Shown here piece after piece: positions 9,907 to 18,621 of a DNA stretch of 32,000 nucleotides. The position numbers and the translations under genes were made by a program. The notes beneath the pieces are model-generated. The model worked only from the letters and a program-made list of their open reading frames with translations. It was not told the DNA's origin and did not search any database. Location of the stretch: positions 2,280,001 through 2,312,000 of the forward strand of contig LT962688.1 of assembly GCA_900234795.1 (NCBI GenBank), written 5' to 3'. This stretch comes from Methylorubrum extorquens (GTDB lineage: Bacteria; Pseudomonadota; Alphaproteobacteria; Rhizobiales; Beijerinckiaceae). Position 1 is the first letter of the stretch; every line of letters starts with the position of its first letter.

Positions 9907-10973
9907 GCCGAGGCCTCCTCCATCCGCGGGTCGTGTCCCGGATCGGGCTCGGCCTCGCCGTCGTCACCGTAGCCCAGGAGGTGCAGCGGCTTGGCGCGGA
10001 TGCCGCGCGTGCCGCACCAATGCACCAGCGCATCCTCCTGGCCATGCGTAACCCAGACCTCCTCGGCCCCCGTATCGAGGATCGTCCGGCACAGGTCCGG
10101 CCAGTCGGAATGGTCGGAGATGACGAGCGGCAGCTCGACGCCCTTCTGCCGGGCGCGGGCGCGCACCCGCATCCAGCCCGAGGCGAAGGCGGTGACTGGA
10201 TCGGGGAATTTGCGCGACCATACGTCCTGAATCGAGGAGGGCGGGCAGAGCACGATGGCGCCGTGCAGGGACTTCCGGTCGGCGGCCACCACCTTCGGCG
10301 TCTCGCCGAGCGGCACGCCTTCCCGCTTGTAGAGTTCGGTCAGCTTCTCCATCGCCCCGTGCAGATGGATCGGCCGGTCCCAGCCCTCCTCACGCAGCAG
10401 CGCCATCACCCGCTGCGCCTTGCCGAGCGCGTAGGCGCCGACGATGTGGGCGCGCTCGGGAAACAGCGTCACCGAATCGATCAGCTTGCGCACCTCGCCC
10501 CGCGTATCGGGATGGCGGAAGACCGGCAGGCCGAAGGTGGCCTCAGTGATGAACACGTCGCAGGGCACCACTTCGAACGGCAGGCAGGTCGGATCGGGCG
10601 CGCGCTTGTAGTCGCCGGAGACGACGATGCGCTGTCGAGGCCCCTTGCCTTCGCGCTCGATCGCGATCTGCGCCGATCCGAGCACGTGGCCGGCGGGGGC
10701 GAAGAACACGGTGACGTCGCCGATCCGCATCCGTTCAGCCAGCCGCGCCTCCTGGCGGGTCGTGCAGAAATCCTCGCCGTAGCGCACGGCCATGATCCGC
10801 AGGGTCTCGGGCGTGGCCAGCACCGTGCCGTGGCCGGCGCGAGCGTGGTCGGCATGGCCGTGGGTGATCAGCGCCCGCTCGACCGGCCGCGTCGGATCGA
10901 CGTGGAAGCGCCCGAGCGGACAATAGAGGCCCTCGCGGGTCAGGGTGAGGAGATCGGAGGCGCGTTGCGACAT
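9903..10973 (-). CDS. ligase-associated DNA damage response exonuclease (metallo-beta-lactamase / beta-CASP fold)
   Basis: ATG at 10973 (MSQRASDLLTLTREGLYCPLG). The MBL motif ITHGHADHA is present, with downstream GHVLGSA, VVSGDY, ITEATFG and a C-terminal SDHSDW. It is translationally coupled to the ligase. The track ORF extension to 11927 is antisense to the methyltransferase and was rejected. Confidence 0.85.
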   Translation of the reverse strand: MSQRASDLLTLTREGLYCPLGRFHVDPTRPVERALITHGHADHARAGHGTVLATPETLRIMAVRYGEDFCTTRQEARLAERMRIGDVTVFFAPAGHVLGSAQIAIEREGKGPRQRIVVSGDYKRAPDPTCLPFEVVPCDVFITEATFGLPVFRHPDTRGEVRKLIDSVTLFPERAHIVGAYALGKAQRVMALLREEGWDRPIHLHGAMEKLTELYKREGVPLGETPKVVAADRKSLHGAIVLCPPSSIQDVWSRKFPDPVTAFASGWMRVRARARQKGVELPLVISDHSDWPDLCRTILDTGAEEVWVTHGQEDALVHWCGTRGIRAKPLHLLGYGDDGEAEPDPGHDPRMEEASA

Positions 10974-11018
10974 CGGCCGGGATATAGGGCGGAGGTTTCC
11001 CAAGGCCGCAAACGCACG

Positions 11019-12014
11019 ATGTCCCACCAGCGCTCCTCCGGCGATCTCCTCGCCGACCGCCGCTACGCCTATGCCGAGGCCTGCCTCAGTGAGGACGACC
11101 CCGCCGGGGCGGCGGAGATGGCGGAGCAGGCACTCGAACGCGCGCCCGGCTACGCGCCCGCCTGGTTTCTGCTCGGGCGCGCCCGCGAGACCGTGTTCGG
11201 GCACAGCCGCGACGCGGCCGACCGGCAGGCGGCGCTCGCGGCCTTCGGGCGGGCGCTCGATCTCGATCCGGAGGATGCGCTGGGCAGCCGCCTGCATCTC
11301 GCTGCGCTCGGCGGGGGCGATGCGCTCGCGGCGATCACGCCGGCCTATATTCGCGCGCTGTTTGACGGCTACGCCCCGCGCTTCGAACGGCATCTCGTGG
11401 ACGAGCTCGGCTATTGCGGGCCGGCGCTGATGGTCGCGGCCCTCGATGCGCTTCCGCGGCCGGACCCGTCTTGTGCGCCGCAACACTTCCCGAACGGGCT
11501 CGATCTCGGCTGCGGCACCGGTCTGATGGGGCGGGCGCTCGCGGGCCGAGTCGGGCGTCTGGCCGGTTGCGACCTCTCGCCTGCCATGCTGGCGCTGGCC
11601 GGCCGCACCGGGCTCTACGAGCGCTTGGTCGAAGCCGACCTCGTCACGTTCCTCGCGGCCGAGCCGGCGGCCTCCGCCGACCTGATCGTGGCTGCCGACG
11701 TCTTCATCTATCTGGGGGATTTGACGTCGGCCCTCTCGGGAATAACCCGCGTGCTGCGGCCCGGCGGGCTGGCCGCCTTCACCGTCCAATCGCCGCAACC
11801 GGAGGAATCGGGCGTCGTGCTCGGTGCTGACGGGCGCTACGCCCATGCCGACACCTACCTGCGAGAGGCGGCCGATCAGGCTCGACTGGTCATCGCCGAG
11901 ATGCGCCCGGCGGCCATTCGGCGCCAAAGGAAGTCTAACGTGCCGGGCCGGATCTTAATCCTACACAAACACTTGATCGGAGCCGGTGCAATGGACGCAA
12001 CCGGACAGCCGTAA
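11019..12014 (+). CDS. SAM-dependent methyltransferase with N-terminal TPR-like region
   Basis: ATG at 11019. The N-terminal helical repeat region (AEQALERAPGYAPAWFLLGRA...LDLDPED) is followed by SAM-binding motif I (LDLGCGTGLMG) and a post-I acidic residue (GCDLS). VAADVFIYLGDL and LRPGGLAAF match class I methyltransferases. Confidence 0.8.
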   Translation: MSHQRSSGDLLADRRYAYAEACLSEDDPAGAAEMAEQALERAPGYAPAWFLLGRARETVFGHSRDAADRQAALAAFGRALDLDPEDALGSRLHLAALGGGDALAAITPAYIRALFDGYAPRFERHLVDELGYCGPALMVAALDALPRPDPSCAPQHFPNGLDLGCGTGLMGRALAGRVGRLAGCDLSPAMLALAGRTGLYERLVEADLVTFLAAEPAASADLIVAADVFIYLGDLTSALSGITRVLRPGGLAAFTVQSPQPEESGVVLGADGRYAHADTYLREAADQARLVIAEMRPAAIRRQRKSNVPGRILILHKHLIGAGAMDATGQP

Positions 12015-12049
12015 TACCGTTGTGCTGCGGAGCAACATCAGAGGAACCG

Positions 12050-12808
12050 ATGGCTGACGAGTCCAACAAGGCCTTTCCGGCAAGTCCAGTGACACGTGTA
12101 CCAATCGCGCTGATGCTCGCGGGCACCGCAGGTGCCGCCGACTCGATCGGCTTCCTCGAATTCTCTCAGCTCTTCATGTCGTTCATGAGCGGCAACACCA
12201 CGCGGTTCGGCGTGGCCGTCGCCGGCTTCGACTGGGACGGCGCCACCCGGTTCGCCAGCGTGATCGCGCTGTTCTGCTTCGGCGCCTGCATCGGCACGCT
12301 GATCGCGGCTTGGTCCGGCCGGTTCCGGCTCACGGTCCTGCTGATCATCCAGGCCGTGCTGTTCGCCATCGGCCTGTTCGTCCCGTTCGGCACCACGGCC
12401 TTCCCGCTCCACGCCTACCCGATCGTGCTGGCGCTCGGCATCCAGAACGCGACGCTTCAGGACGAGGCGGGCCGCAGCCTCGCCATCACCTACGTCACGG
12501 GAACCGTGGTGCGCTTCGGTGCGGGCATCGCCAACCTGATCCTGCACAAGCCGGCCCCTTCGTTCTGGCTGCAGGCGCCGCTCTGGGGCGCGCTCAGCAC
12601 GGGCGCCGTGATCGGCGGCTTCCTGCACGGCTGGTACGGCGAGCGGGCCTTCCTGTTCCCGGCCGGACTCGCGGCGCTGCTGGCTGTGGTCTCGCTGGTG
12701 CTGACGGTCCTGCTCAAGGACACGCCCTACGTCTCCGGCCTCGCTGCCCCGCAGCCCGATGCGCATCCGGAAGCCAAGCCGACGGCGACCGTTCCCGCCG
12801 CGACCTGA
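12050..12808 (+). CDS. YoaK/DUF1275 family membrane protein
   Basis: ATG at 12050 follows GAGGAA. Multi-pass membrane protein with the characteristic FMSFMSGNTTRFG and GIQNATL...ITYVTGTVV segments. Confidence 0.8.
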   Translation: MADESNKAFPASPVTRVPIALMLAGTAGAADSIGFLEFSQLFMSFMSGNTTRFGVAVAGFDWDGATRFASVIALFCFGACIGTLIAAWSGRFRLTVLLIIQAVLFAIGLFVPFGTTAFPLHAYPIVLALGIQNATLQDEAGRSLAITYVTGTVVRFGAGIANLILHKPAPSFWLQAPLWGALSTGAVIGGFLHGWYGERAFLFPAGLAALLAVVSLVLTVLLKDTPYVSGLAAPQPDAHPEAKPTATVPAAT

Positions 12809-12821
12809 CGCTCGGCGACCG

Positions 12822-13244
12822 TCAATCGTCCCCAGGGCCGCCGCGCAGCCGTTTGACGCTGCTACGGCGGCTCTTTTCGTCGAGGCGCCGCTTCTTCGAG
12901 GCCAGCGTCGGCCGCGTCGCGCGGCGCGGCGTCGGCGGCACCGCCGCTTCCGCCACCAGCGCCGCGAGCCGTTCGCGGGCATCGGCCCGGTTGCGCTCCT
13001 GCGTGCGGAAGCGCTGGGCGTTGATGACGAGCACGCCCTCCCCCGTCAGCCGCCGGCCGGCGAGCCGCATCAGCCGCACCGCCACCGCATCGGGCAGGCT
13101 GCGGGAGCGGCGCACGTCGAAGCGGAGCTGCACCGCCGTGGACAGCTTGTTGACGTTCTGTCCGCCCGGGCCCGAGGCGCGCACGAAGGCCTCCTCGAGT
13201 TCGGCCTCGTCGATCTCGATCTGCGGCGTGCATTGGAGCGCCAC
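12822..13244 (-). CDS. arfB: alternative ribosome-rescue factor ArfB (peptidyl-tRNA hydrolase, GGQ family)
   Basis: GTG at 13244 is preceded by GGGAAGGGAA. The product is 140 aa, with the GGQ motif in context SGPGGQNVNKLSTAVQLRFD and a basic C-terminal tail (KKRRLDEKSRRSSVKRLR). Confidence 0.85.
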   Translation of the reverse strand: MALQCTPQIEIDEAELEEAFVRASGPGGQNVNKLSTAVQLRFDVRRSRSLPDAVAVRLMRLAGRRLTGEGVLVINAQRFRTQERNRADARERLAALVAEAAVPPTPRRATRPTLASKKRRLDEKSRRSSVKRLRGGPGDD

Positions 13245-13275
13245 GGCGGGTTCCCTTCCCTTAAAGCGTTCGGCC

Positions 13276-13557
13276 TCAACCGGCCTCGCCCGGCGTTCGG
13301 GCACGCACCGCCAGGGCGTGCAGCCCGCGCTTGAAGGCCTCGTCGAGAAGCCCGTTGACGATCCGGTGGCGTTCGACCCGGCTCTTCCCTTCGAAGGCCG
13401 CCGACACGACATCCAATCGGAAATGGGTCTCGCCCTCCGGCCGGGCGCCGGAATGGCCGGCATGCAGGTGCGACTCGTCGGTCACATCGAGCGCGGTCGG
13501 TGCCAACTCGGCCCCCAGGCGCTCGGCGATCCAGTCCTTCAGGGTCCCGGTCATCAT
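13276..13557 (-). CDS. BolA family protein
   Basis: 93 aa, with DESHLHAGH...HFRLDVVSAAFEGKSRVERHRIV...LHALAV typical of BolA. ATG-ATG at 13557/13554. It lies immediately upstream of arfB on the same strand. Confidence 0.85.
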   Translation of the reverse strand: MMTGTLKDWIAERLGAELAPTALDVTDESHLHAGHSGARPEGETHFRLDVVSAAFEGKSRVERHRIVNGLLDEAFKRGLHALAVRARTPGEAG

Positions 13558-13721
13558 GTCCTCGCTGCGAACGGAAGCGCTACGGCCGTGCATCGGCCGT
13601 GTGTCGGAGGCGTTTGCCCGGCCCGGTCCCGGCACAAAAGCGTCAACCCCGGATCGATGCATGCGGCATCAGGCCCAACGGCCTTTTCGTCGGCGCGTCC
13701 GCCCCTCATAATCGGCCCGTC

Positions 13722-14441
13722 ATGGATCTCAACTCGCCGCTGTTCGACCGCATCCGTATCAAGCCGACCTGTGACGATCCCAAGCCGGGAGCGAAGGCGG
13801 GGGCGAAGGCGGGGGCGAAGGCTGGCGCACGCGCGAAGGCCGGTGCGGCCACGGCCGAGGCGTCCTGCGAGGCGGAAGGCTGCACCCATCCCGGCCTCTA
13901 CCGCGCCCCCAAGGGCCGCAGGCAGGAGGGGCAGTACTGGCGCTTCTGCATCGACCACGTGCGCGCCTACAATGCCTCCTACAATTACTTCGACGGCATG
14001 AACGATGCCGCGGTCGAAGCCTACCAGAAGGATGCGATCATCGGCCATCGGCCGACCTGGTCGATGGGCATGAACGCGGCGGCTGCCACGGCCGAGGGGA
14101 AGGCCAAGGGGGCCAAGGGGCCCCAGCCCGAGGCTGAGCGCGACTGGGCCTATGCCGACCCGCTGGGAATCCTGCGGGCGAACGGGGTCGGCGGCGGGGC
14201 GGCGGGCCGGCGTCAGGCGGAGCCGGAGCCGCAGCGTCCCCGCCACTCGGCGGCGGTGCGCAAGGCGCTCGACGTGATGGGGCTCGACGAGACGGCCGAT
14301 ACCGCGGCGATCAAGGCGCAGTACAAGACGCTGGTGAAGCGCTTCCACCCGGACGCCAATGGCGGCGACCGCTCCTTCGAGGAGCGCCTGCGCGACATCA
14401 TCCGCGCACACGACGTGCTGCGCGCCGCCGGGCTGTGCTGA
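13722..14441 (+). CDS. J-domain (DnaJ-like) protein with C-terminal J domain
   Basis: ATG at 13722. The C-terminal AIKAQYKTLVKRFHPDANGGD contains the HPD tripeptide. The N-terminal part has a Cys/His-containing block (CEAEGCTHPG...WRFCIDHVRAYN) and a GAKA repeat. Confidence 0.8.
   Translation: MDLNSPLFDRIRIKPTCDDPKPGAKAGAKAGAKAGARAKAGAATAEASCEAEGCTHPGLYRAPKGRRQEGQYWRFCIDHVRAYNASYNYFDGMNDAAVEAYQKDAIIGHRPTWSMGMNAAAATAEGKAKGAKGPQPEAERDWAYADPLGILRANGVGGGAAGRRQAEPEPQRPRHSAAVRKALDVMGLDETADTAAIKAQYKTLVKRFHPDANGGDRSFEERLRDIIRAHDVLRAAGLC
13788..13823 (+). repeat. 12-bp tandem repeat x3 (GGRGCGAAGGCK) inside the J-domain gene
   Basis: GGAGCGAAGGCG GGGGCGAAGGCG GGGGCGAAGGCT read directly, with degenerate continuation to about 13850. 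It encodes (GAKA)n. Confidence 0.75.
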
Positions 14442-14780
14442 CCCGCGCCGCCCCGGCCGCCACTCAGTCGGGTGCGAGGCCGGGGACGCGAACGGGCATT
14501 GCGTCGAATGCTGGTCCGCCCGGCGGCGGGTGGGGCAGCAAATGTCCGCGCGCGCCCTATATCTCTCGGATACCGCTTCTATGTGAAGCCGGCTTCCCCG
14601 GATGACTCCTCCGTTTCGCCGAGCCCTCTTTCTGGCTGAGCCCCCTTGGCGATGCCGAGGGGCGGTGATTAAGGAAGACATCCGCCCGCTTCCCTGTGGG
14701 CCGCCCGGCAGGTGAGTGACGATTGAAAGCGCGGTCGCGCGGGTTCACGCCCGCTCCCGGCCGCCCCGATGAGGTTCCGT

Positions 14781-15764
14781 ATGCTGTCTGACGAAACGCC
14801 CGCTTCCCTGCCCGACCGCCAGGTTTCCGTCCGCGAGGTGTTCGGCATCGACCTCGACCTGAAGGTGCCGGCCTATTCCGAGCCCGAGGAGCACGTGCCG
14901 GATCTCGATCCGGACTACATCTTCGACCGGGAGACGACGCTGTCGATCCTGGCAGGCTTTGCCCGAAACCGCCGCGTGATGGTCACCGGCTATCACGGCA
15001 CCGGCAAGTCGACGCATATCGAGCAGGTCGCGGCACGGCTGAACTGGCCCTGTATCCGGATCAACCTCGACAGCCACGTCTCGCGCATCGACCTCGTCGG
15101 CAAGGACGCCATCGTCCTCAAGGACGGCAAGCAGGTCACGGCCTTCCAGGACGGCATCCTGCCCTGGGCCCTTCAGAACAACGTCGCGCTCGTCTTCGAC
15201 GAGTACGATGCCGGCCGACCCGACGTGATGTTCGTGATCCAGCGCGTGCTGGAGCTCTCCGGCCGCCTGACGCTGCTCGACCAGAAGCGGGTCATCCGCC
15301 CGCATCCGGGCTTTCGCCTGTTCGCCACCGCCAACACGGTCGGCCTCGGCGACACGTCGGGCCTCTATCACGGCACCCAGCAGATCAACCAGGGTCAGAT
15401 GGATCGCTGGTCGATCGTGACCACGCTGAACTACCTGCCGCACGACCGCGAGGTCGACATCGTGCTCTCCAAGTCGCCGCACTACCAGAGCGAGGGCGGG
15501 CGCGACACCGTGAGCCGGATGGTGCGCGTGGCCGACCTGACCCGCAACGCGTTCATGAACGGCGACCTCTCGACCGTCATGAGCCCGCGCACGGTCATCA
15601 CCTGGGCCGAGAACGCCGACATCTTCCGCGATATCGGCTTCGCCTTCCGGGTGACGTTCCTCAACAAGTGCGACGAGCTGGAACGGCCCCTGGTGGCCGA
15701 GTTCTACCAGCGCGCCTTCGGCAAGGAACTGCCCGAGAGCGCGCTCAACGTCGCCTTGAGCTGA
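14781..15764 (+). CDS. cobS: CobS-type AAA+ (MoxR-like) ATPase, annotated in databases as cobaltochelatase subunit CobS
   Basis: [35 protein letters not shown], Walker [10 protein letters not shown] and Walker B LVFDEYD are present. ATG at 14781 lies 6 nt after GAGG and gives an N-terminus of canonical length. The alternative ATG at 14769 is the track start. Confidence 0.9.
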   Translation: MLSDETPASLPDRQVSVREVFGIDLDLKVPAYSEPEEHVPDLDPDYIFDRETTLSILAGFARNRRVMVTGYHGTGKSTHIEQVAARLNWPCIRINLDSHVSRIDLVGKDAIVLKDGKQVTAFQDGILPWALQNNVALVFDEYDAGRPDVMFVIQRVLELSGRLTLLDQKRVIRPHPGFRLFATANTVGLGDTSGLYHGTQQINQGQMDRWSIVTTLNYLPHDREVDIVLSKSPHYQSEGGRDTVSRMVRVADLTRNAFMNGDLSTVMSPRTVITWAENADIFRDIGFAFRVTFLNKCDELERPLVAEFYQRAFGKELPESALNVALS

Positions 15765-15884
15765 CCTGACGGTGGCGTCCTCGCCCGCGCTTGGCGTGCG
15801 GCGGGGACGGCGCCCCTCTCCCCGTGACCGGGGGCGATCCCCCGGCCGGGCCTCCGAACTCGATCCGGTGGCGTCCGCGAAGAT

Positions 15885-17792
15885 ATGGCCCTGACCAACC
15901 GCCCCAAGACCGGCGACCGCAAGGAGCCCGGCGCCGAGCCGCTGAAGCGCTCGGTGGCCGGCTGCCTGCGCGCCATCGCCAAGCGGCCCGACATCGAGGT
16001 CACCTATGCCAGCGATCGGCCGGCGCTGATCGGTGACAAGGCGCGCCTGCCGGAGCCGACCCGGCGGATCACCGCCGAGGACGCGGCGATCCTGCGCGGG
16101 CATTCCGATTCCATGGCCCTGCGCCTCGGCTGCCATGACACCAGCGTCCACCGCCGCCTCGCCCCCGACAACGCAGCCGCCCGCGCGGTCTACGACGCGG
16201 TCGAGCAGGCGCGCGTCGAGGCGATCGGCTCGCGCCGCCTGGAAGGCGTGGCCGCCAACATCACCGCGATGCTGGAGGACCGCTACCACCGCGGTGGCAA
16301 GTACGAGAACATCACCGACCGCGCCGACGCGCCGATGGAGGATGCCGTCGCGCTGATGGTGCGCGAGCGCCTGACCGGCCAGAAGCCGCCGCCCGCCGCC
16401 GCCCGGATCGTCGAGCTGTGGCGCGAACATATCGAGGCCCGCGCCGGCAAGAACCTCGACGGATTGCTCGGCTCGCTCGAGAACCAGCGCCACTTCGCCC
16501 GCTCCGTGCGCGATCTCCTCTCGTCCCTCGACATGGCCGACGAGACGCCCCTCGATCAGGACGATGAGAGCGACGAGGACGAGAACCAGGCGCAGGACGA
16601 CGAGCAGCAGCCGAGCGAGGGCGAGGCCGAGGAGCAGAGCCAGGGCGACCGCGCCGAGATCGAGGTGACTGACGAGGCCACCGACGAACTCGACGAGGGC
16701 GCCACCGAATCCGCCGACGCCCCCTCCGGCGAGCTGCCGGAGGAAGCCGAGGACGCCGAGTCGGAGGAGGCCTCCGAATCCTGGCGCCCGCCGAGCCAGC
16801 GCGGCAACGAGCGTACCGGTCCCGACTACAAGGTCTACAACCCGCGCTTCGACGAGACCGTCGAGGCCGAGGATCTGTGCGACGCCGAGGAACTCGCGCG
16901 CCTGCGCAGCTATCTCGACAAGCAGCTCGCCCACCTACAGGGCGTCGTCGGCCGCCTCGCCAACCGTCTCCAGCGCCGCCTGCTGGCGCAGCAGAGCCGC
17001 GCCTGGGATTTCGATCTCGAAGAGGGCCAGCTCGATCCGGCCCGCCTCGTTCGCGTCGTCACCGATCCGTTCCAGCCGCTCTCCTTCAAGCAGGAGAAGG
17101 ATACCGACTTCCGCGACACGGTGGTCACGCTGCTGCTCGACAATTCCGGTTCGATGCGCGGGCGCCCGATCACCGTGGCCGCGACCTGCGCCGACATTCT
17201 CGCGCGCACGCTGGAACGCTGCGGCGTGAAGGTCGAGATTCTCGGCTTCACCACCCGCGCCTGGAAGGGCGGCCAGTCCCGCGAGGCGTGGCTCGCCGGC
17301 GGCAAGCTGCCCGCTCCCGGCCGCCTCAACGACCTGCGCCACATCATCTACAAGAGCGCCGACGCCCCCTGGCGCCGTGCGCGCAAGAACCTTGGGCTGA
17401 TGATGCGCGAGGGGCTCCTGAAGGAGAACATCGACGGCGAGGCGCTGGATTGGGCCCACAAGCGCCTGCTGGCGCGGCCCGAGCAGCGCCGGATCCTGAT
17501 GGTGATCTCCGACGGGGCGCCGGTCGACGACTCGACGCTCTCGGTCAATCCCGGCAACTACCTCGAGCGCCACCTGCGTTACATGATCGAGGAGATCGAG
17601 ACCCGCTCACCGGTCGAATTGCTCGCCATCGGCATCGGCCACGACGTGACGCGCTACTACCGCCGTGCCGTGACGATCATCGACGCCGAGGAACTCGGCG
17701 GTGCGATGACGGAGAAGCTCGCCGAACTGTTCGAGGAGAACACGGGCGCGTCGCGCGGCGGCGGGATGAAGCGGGTGGCCGGGCGGCGCTGA
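15885..17792 (+). CDS. cobT: CobT-type VWA-domain protein, annotated in databases as cobaltochelatase subunit CobT
   Basis: 635 aa, with a central highly acidic low-complexity linker. The C-terminal von Willebrand A domain has the MIDAS motif LLLDNSGSM and ISDGAPVD. Confidence 0.9.
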   Translation: MALTNRPKTGDRKEPGAEPLKRSVAGCLRAIAKRPDIEVTYASDRPALIGDKARLPEPTRRITAEDAAILRGHSDSMALRLGCHDTSVHRRLAPDNAAARAVYDAVEQARVEAIGSRRLEGVAANITAMLEDRYHRGGKYENITDRADAPMEDAVALMVRERLTGQKPPPAAARIVELWREHIEARAGKNLDGLLGSLENQRHFARSVRDLLSSLDMADETPLDQDDESDEDENQAQDDEQQPSEGEAEEQSQGDRAEIEVTDEATDELDEGATESADAPSGELPEEAEDAESEEASESWRPPSQRGNERTGPDYKVYNPRFDETVEAEDLCDAEELARLRSYLDKQLAHLQGVVGRLANRLQRRLLAQQSRAWDFDLEEGQLDPARLVRVVTDPFQPLSFKQEKDTDFRDTVVTLLLDNSGSMRGRPITVAATCADILARTLERCGVKVEILGFTTRAWKGGQSREAWLAGGKLPAPGRLNDLRHIIYKSADAPWRRARKNLGLMMREGLLKENIDGEALDWAHKRLLARPEQRRILMVISDGAPVDDSTLSVNPGNYLERHLRYMIEEIETRSPVELLAIGIGHDVTRYYRRAVTIIDAEELGGAMTEKLAELFEENTGASRGGGMKRVAGRR

Positions 17793-17885
17793 ACCGGCGG
17801 TTCTCCGGAGCGGCAAAGCTCCAGTTGGCAAGCGGTCTTCGTCGTCCTACCGTGTGGAAGCGTTGCCTCCAGCGAGGACCTTCCG

Positions 17886-18296
17886 ATGTCGGGTGATGTG
17901 CGTGGCGTGCCGCGCCTGCTCCTCAGGATCGAGGGAGCGGCGCTGCTCGTCTGTGCCCTCGCCGGGTATGCCTGGATGGGCCAATCCTGGTGGCTGTGGG
18001 CGGCCCTGATCCTTCTCCCCGACCTCAGCATGATCGGGTATCTGGCCGGTCCTCGAATCGGCGCGGCGAGCTACAACGCGGCTCACACGACCACGGTCCC
18101 GCTCCTGCTGCTGGCGGCCTCACTGGTCCTTGGGAGTCCGATGGCGGCCGGACTGGCTCTCGTCTGGCTGGCGCATATCGGGCTCGACCGCGCCGTCGGG
18201 TACGGGCTGAAATATGTCGGCGGCTTCAAAGACACCCATCTCGGCTCGCTTGGACGAGCGGGAGAAAAGTCGAGCGTGAAGATCTGCCGCGTCTAA
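17886..18296 (+). CDS. DUF4260-like membrane protein
   Basis: LLPDLSMIGYLAGPRIGAASYNAAHT...WLAHIGLDRAVGYGLKY..GFKDTHLG matches the DUF4260 pattern as I recall it. The protein has 3-4 hydrophobic helices. Confidence 0.7.
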   Translation: MSGDVRGVPRLLLRIEGAALLVCALAGYAWMGQSWWLWAALILLPDLSMIGYLAGPRIGAASYNAAHTTTVPLLLLAASLVLGSPMAAGLALVWLAHIGLDRAVGYGLKYVGGFKDTHLGSLGRAGEKSSVKICRV

Positions 18297-18319
18297 CGTG
18301 AGCGCTGGCGCGCGGACGG

Positions 18320-18526
18320 CTATTTCTTGCGGTCCGAGCCGTCCGCTTCCATGCGGCTCAGGATCATCCGGCCCTCGAAGCCGTCGAAGCCGCCGCTATA
18401 GGTGAACCGGTTGAGCGCGAGCTGCTGTCGTCGCTCCGAGGTCAACTCGCTGCCCTGATAGAGACGATGTGCGTTCCCGATATGCCGCCGCCCCTTCGCG
18501 GGGGGTGTGCTGTACGGCTTCGGCAT
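18320..18526 (-). CDS. small hypothetical protein (68 aa)
   Basis: ATG at 18526 is preceded by GAAGGGAG at suitable spacing. Roughly 80% G/C at codon position 3 supports coding. I recognise no family. Confidence 0.5.
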   Translation of the reverse strand: MPKPYSTPPAKGRRHIGNAHRLYQGSELTSERRQQLALNRFTYSGGFDGFEGRMILSRMEADGSDRKK

Positions 18527-18583
18527 TCACGCGCTCCCTTCGGTCCTGCGTTCGAGTTCGATTCGTATCTCAAACTAGAGAAC

Positions 18584-18606
18584 GGCACCGCTTCGCGACA
18601 GGTGCC
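18584..18606 (-). terminator. hairpin downstream of the substrate-binding-protein gene
   Basis: GGCACC-N11-GGTGCC lies 16 nt after the stop. On the transcribed strand it is followed by GTTCTCTAGTTTGAG (T-rich). Confidence 0.45.
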
Positions 18607-18621
18607 ACGATCCGGATCGCA

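Noticed and set aside
10974-11927. Upstream extension of the exonuclease ORF (9903..11927) and the mirror extension of the methyltransferase ORF (9933..11018)
   Set aside because: Each extension is antisense to the other real gene. Internal ATGs at 10973 and 11019 give full-length, family-typical proteins.
14640-14768. Possible cobalamin riboswitch upstream of cobS (GGTGATTAAGGAAGA resembles the start of B12 elements)
   Set aside because: I could not find the rest of the conserved core: the GCCACTG-type segment in the right order and a B12 box. The similarity is confined to one short word.
16540-16790. Highly acidic low-complexity stretch ([27 protein letters not shown]...)
   Set aside because: It lies in-frame inside cobT. 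An acidic linker between the N-terminal and VWA domains is a normal feature of CobT proteins.
14745-16934. 729-aa ORF antisense to cobS and cobT
   Set aside because: It spans two real genes and their spacer on the other strand and is low-complexity ([12 protein letters not shown]..., [11 protein letters not shown]). It is a shadow ORF.
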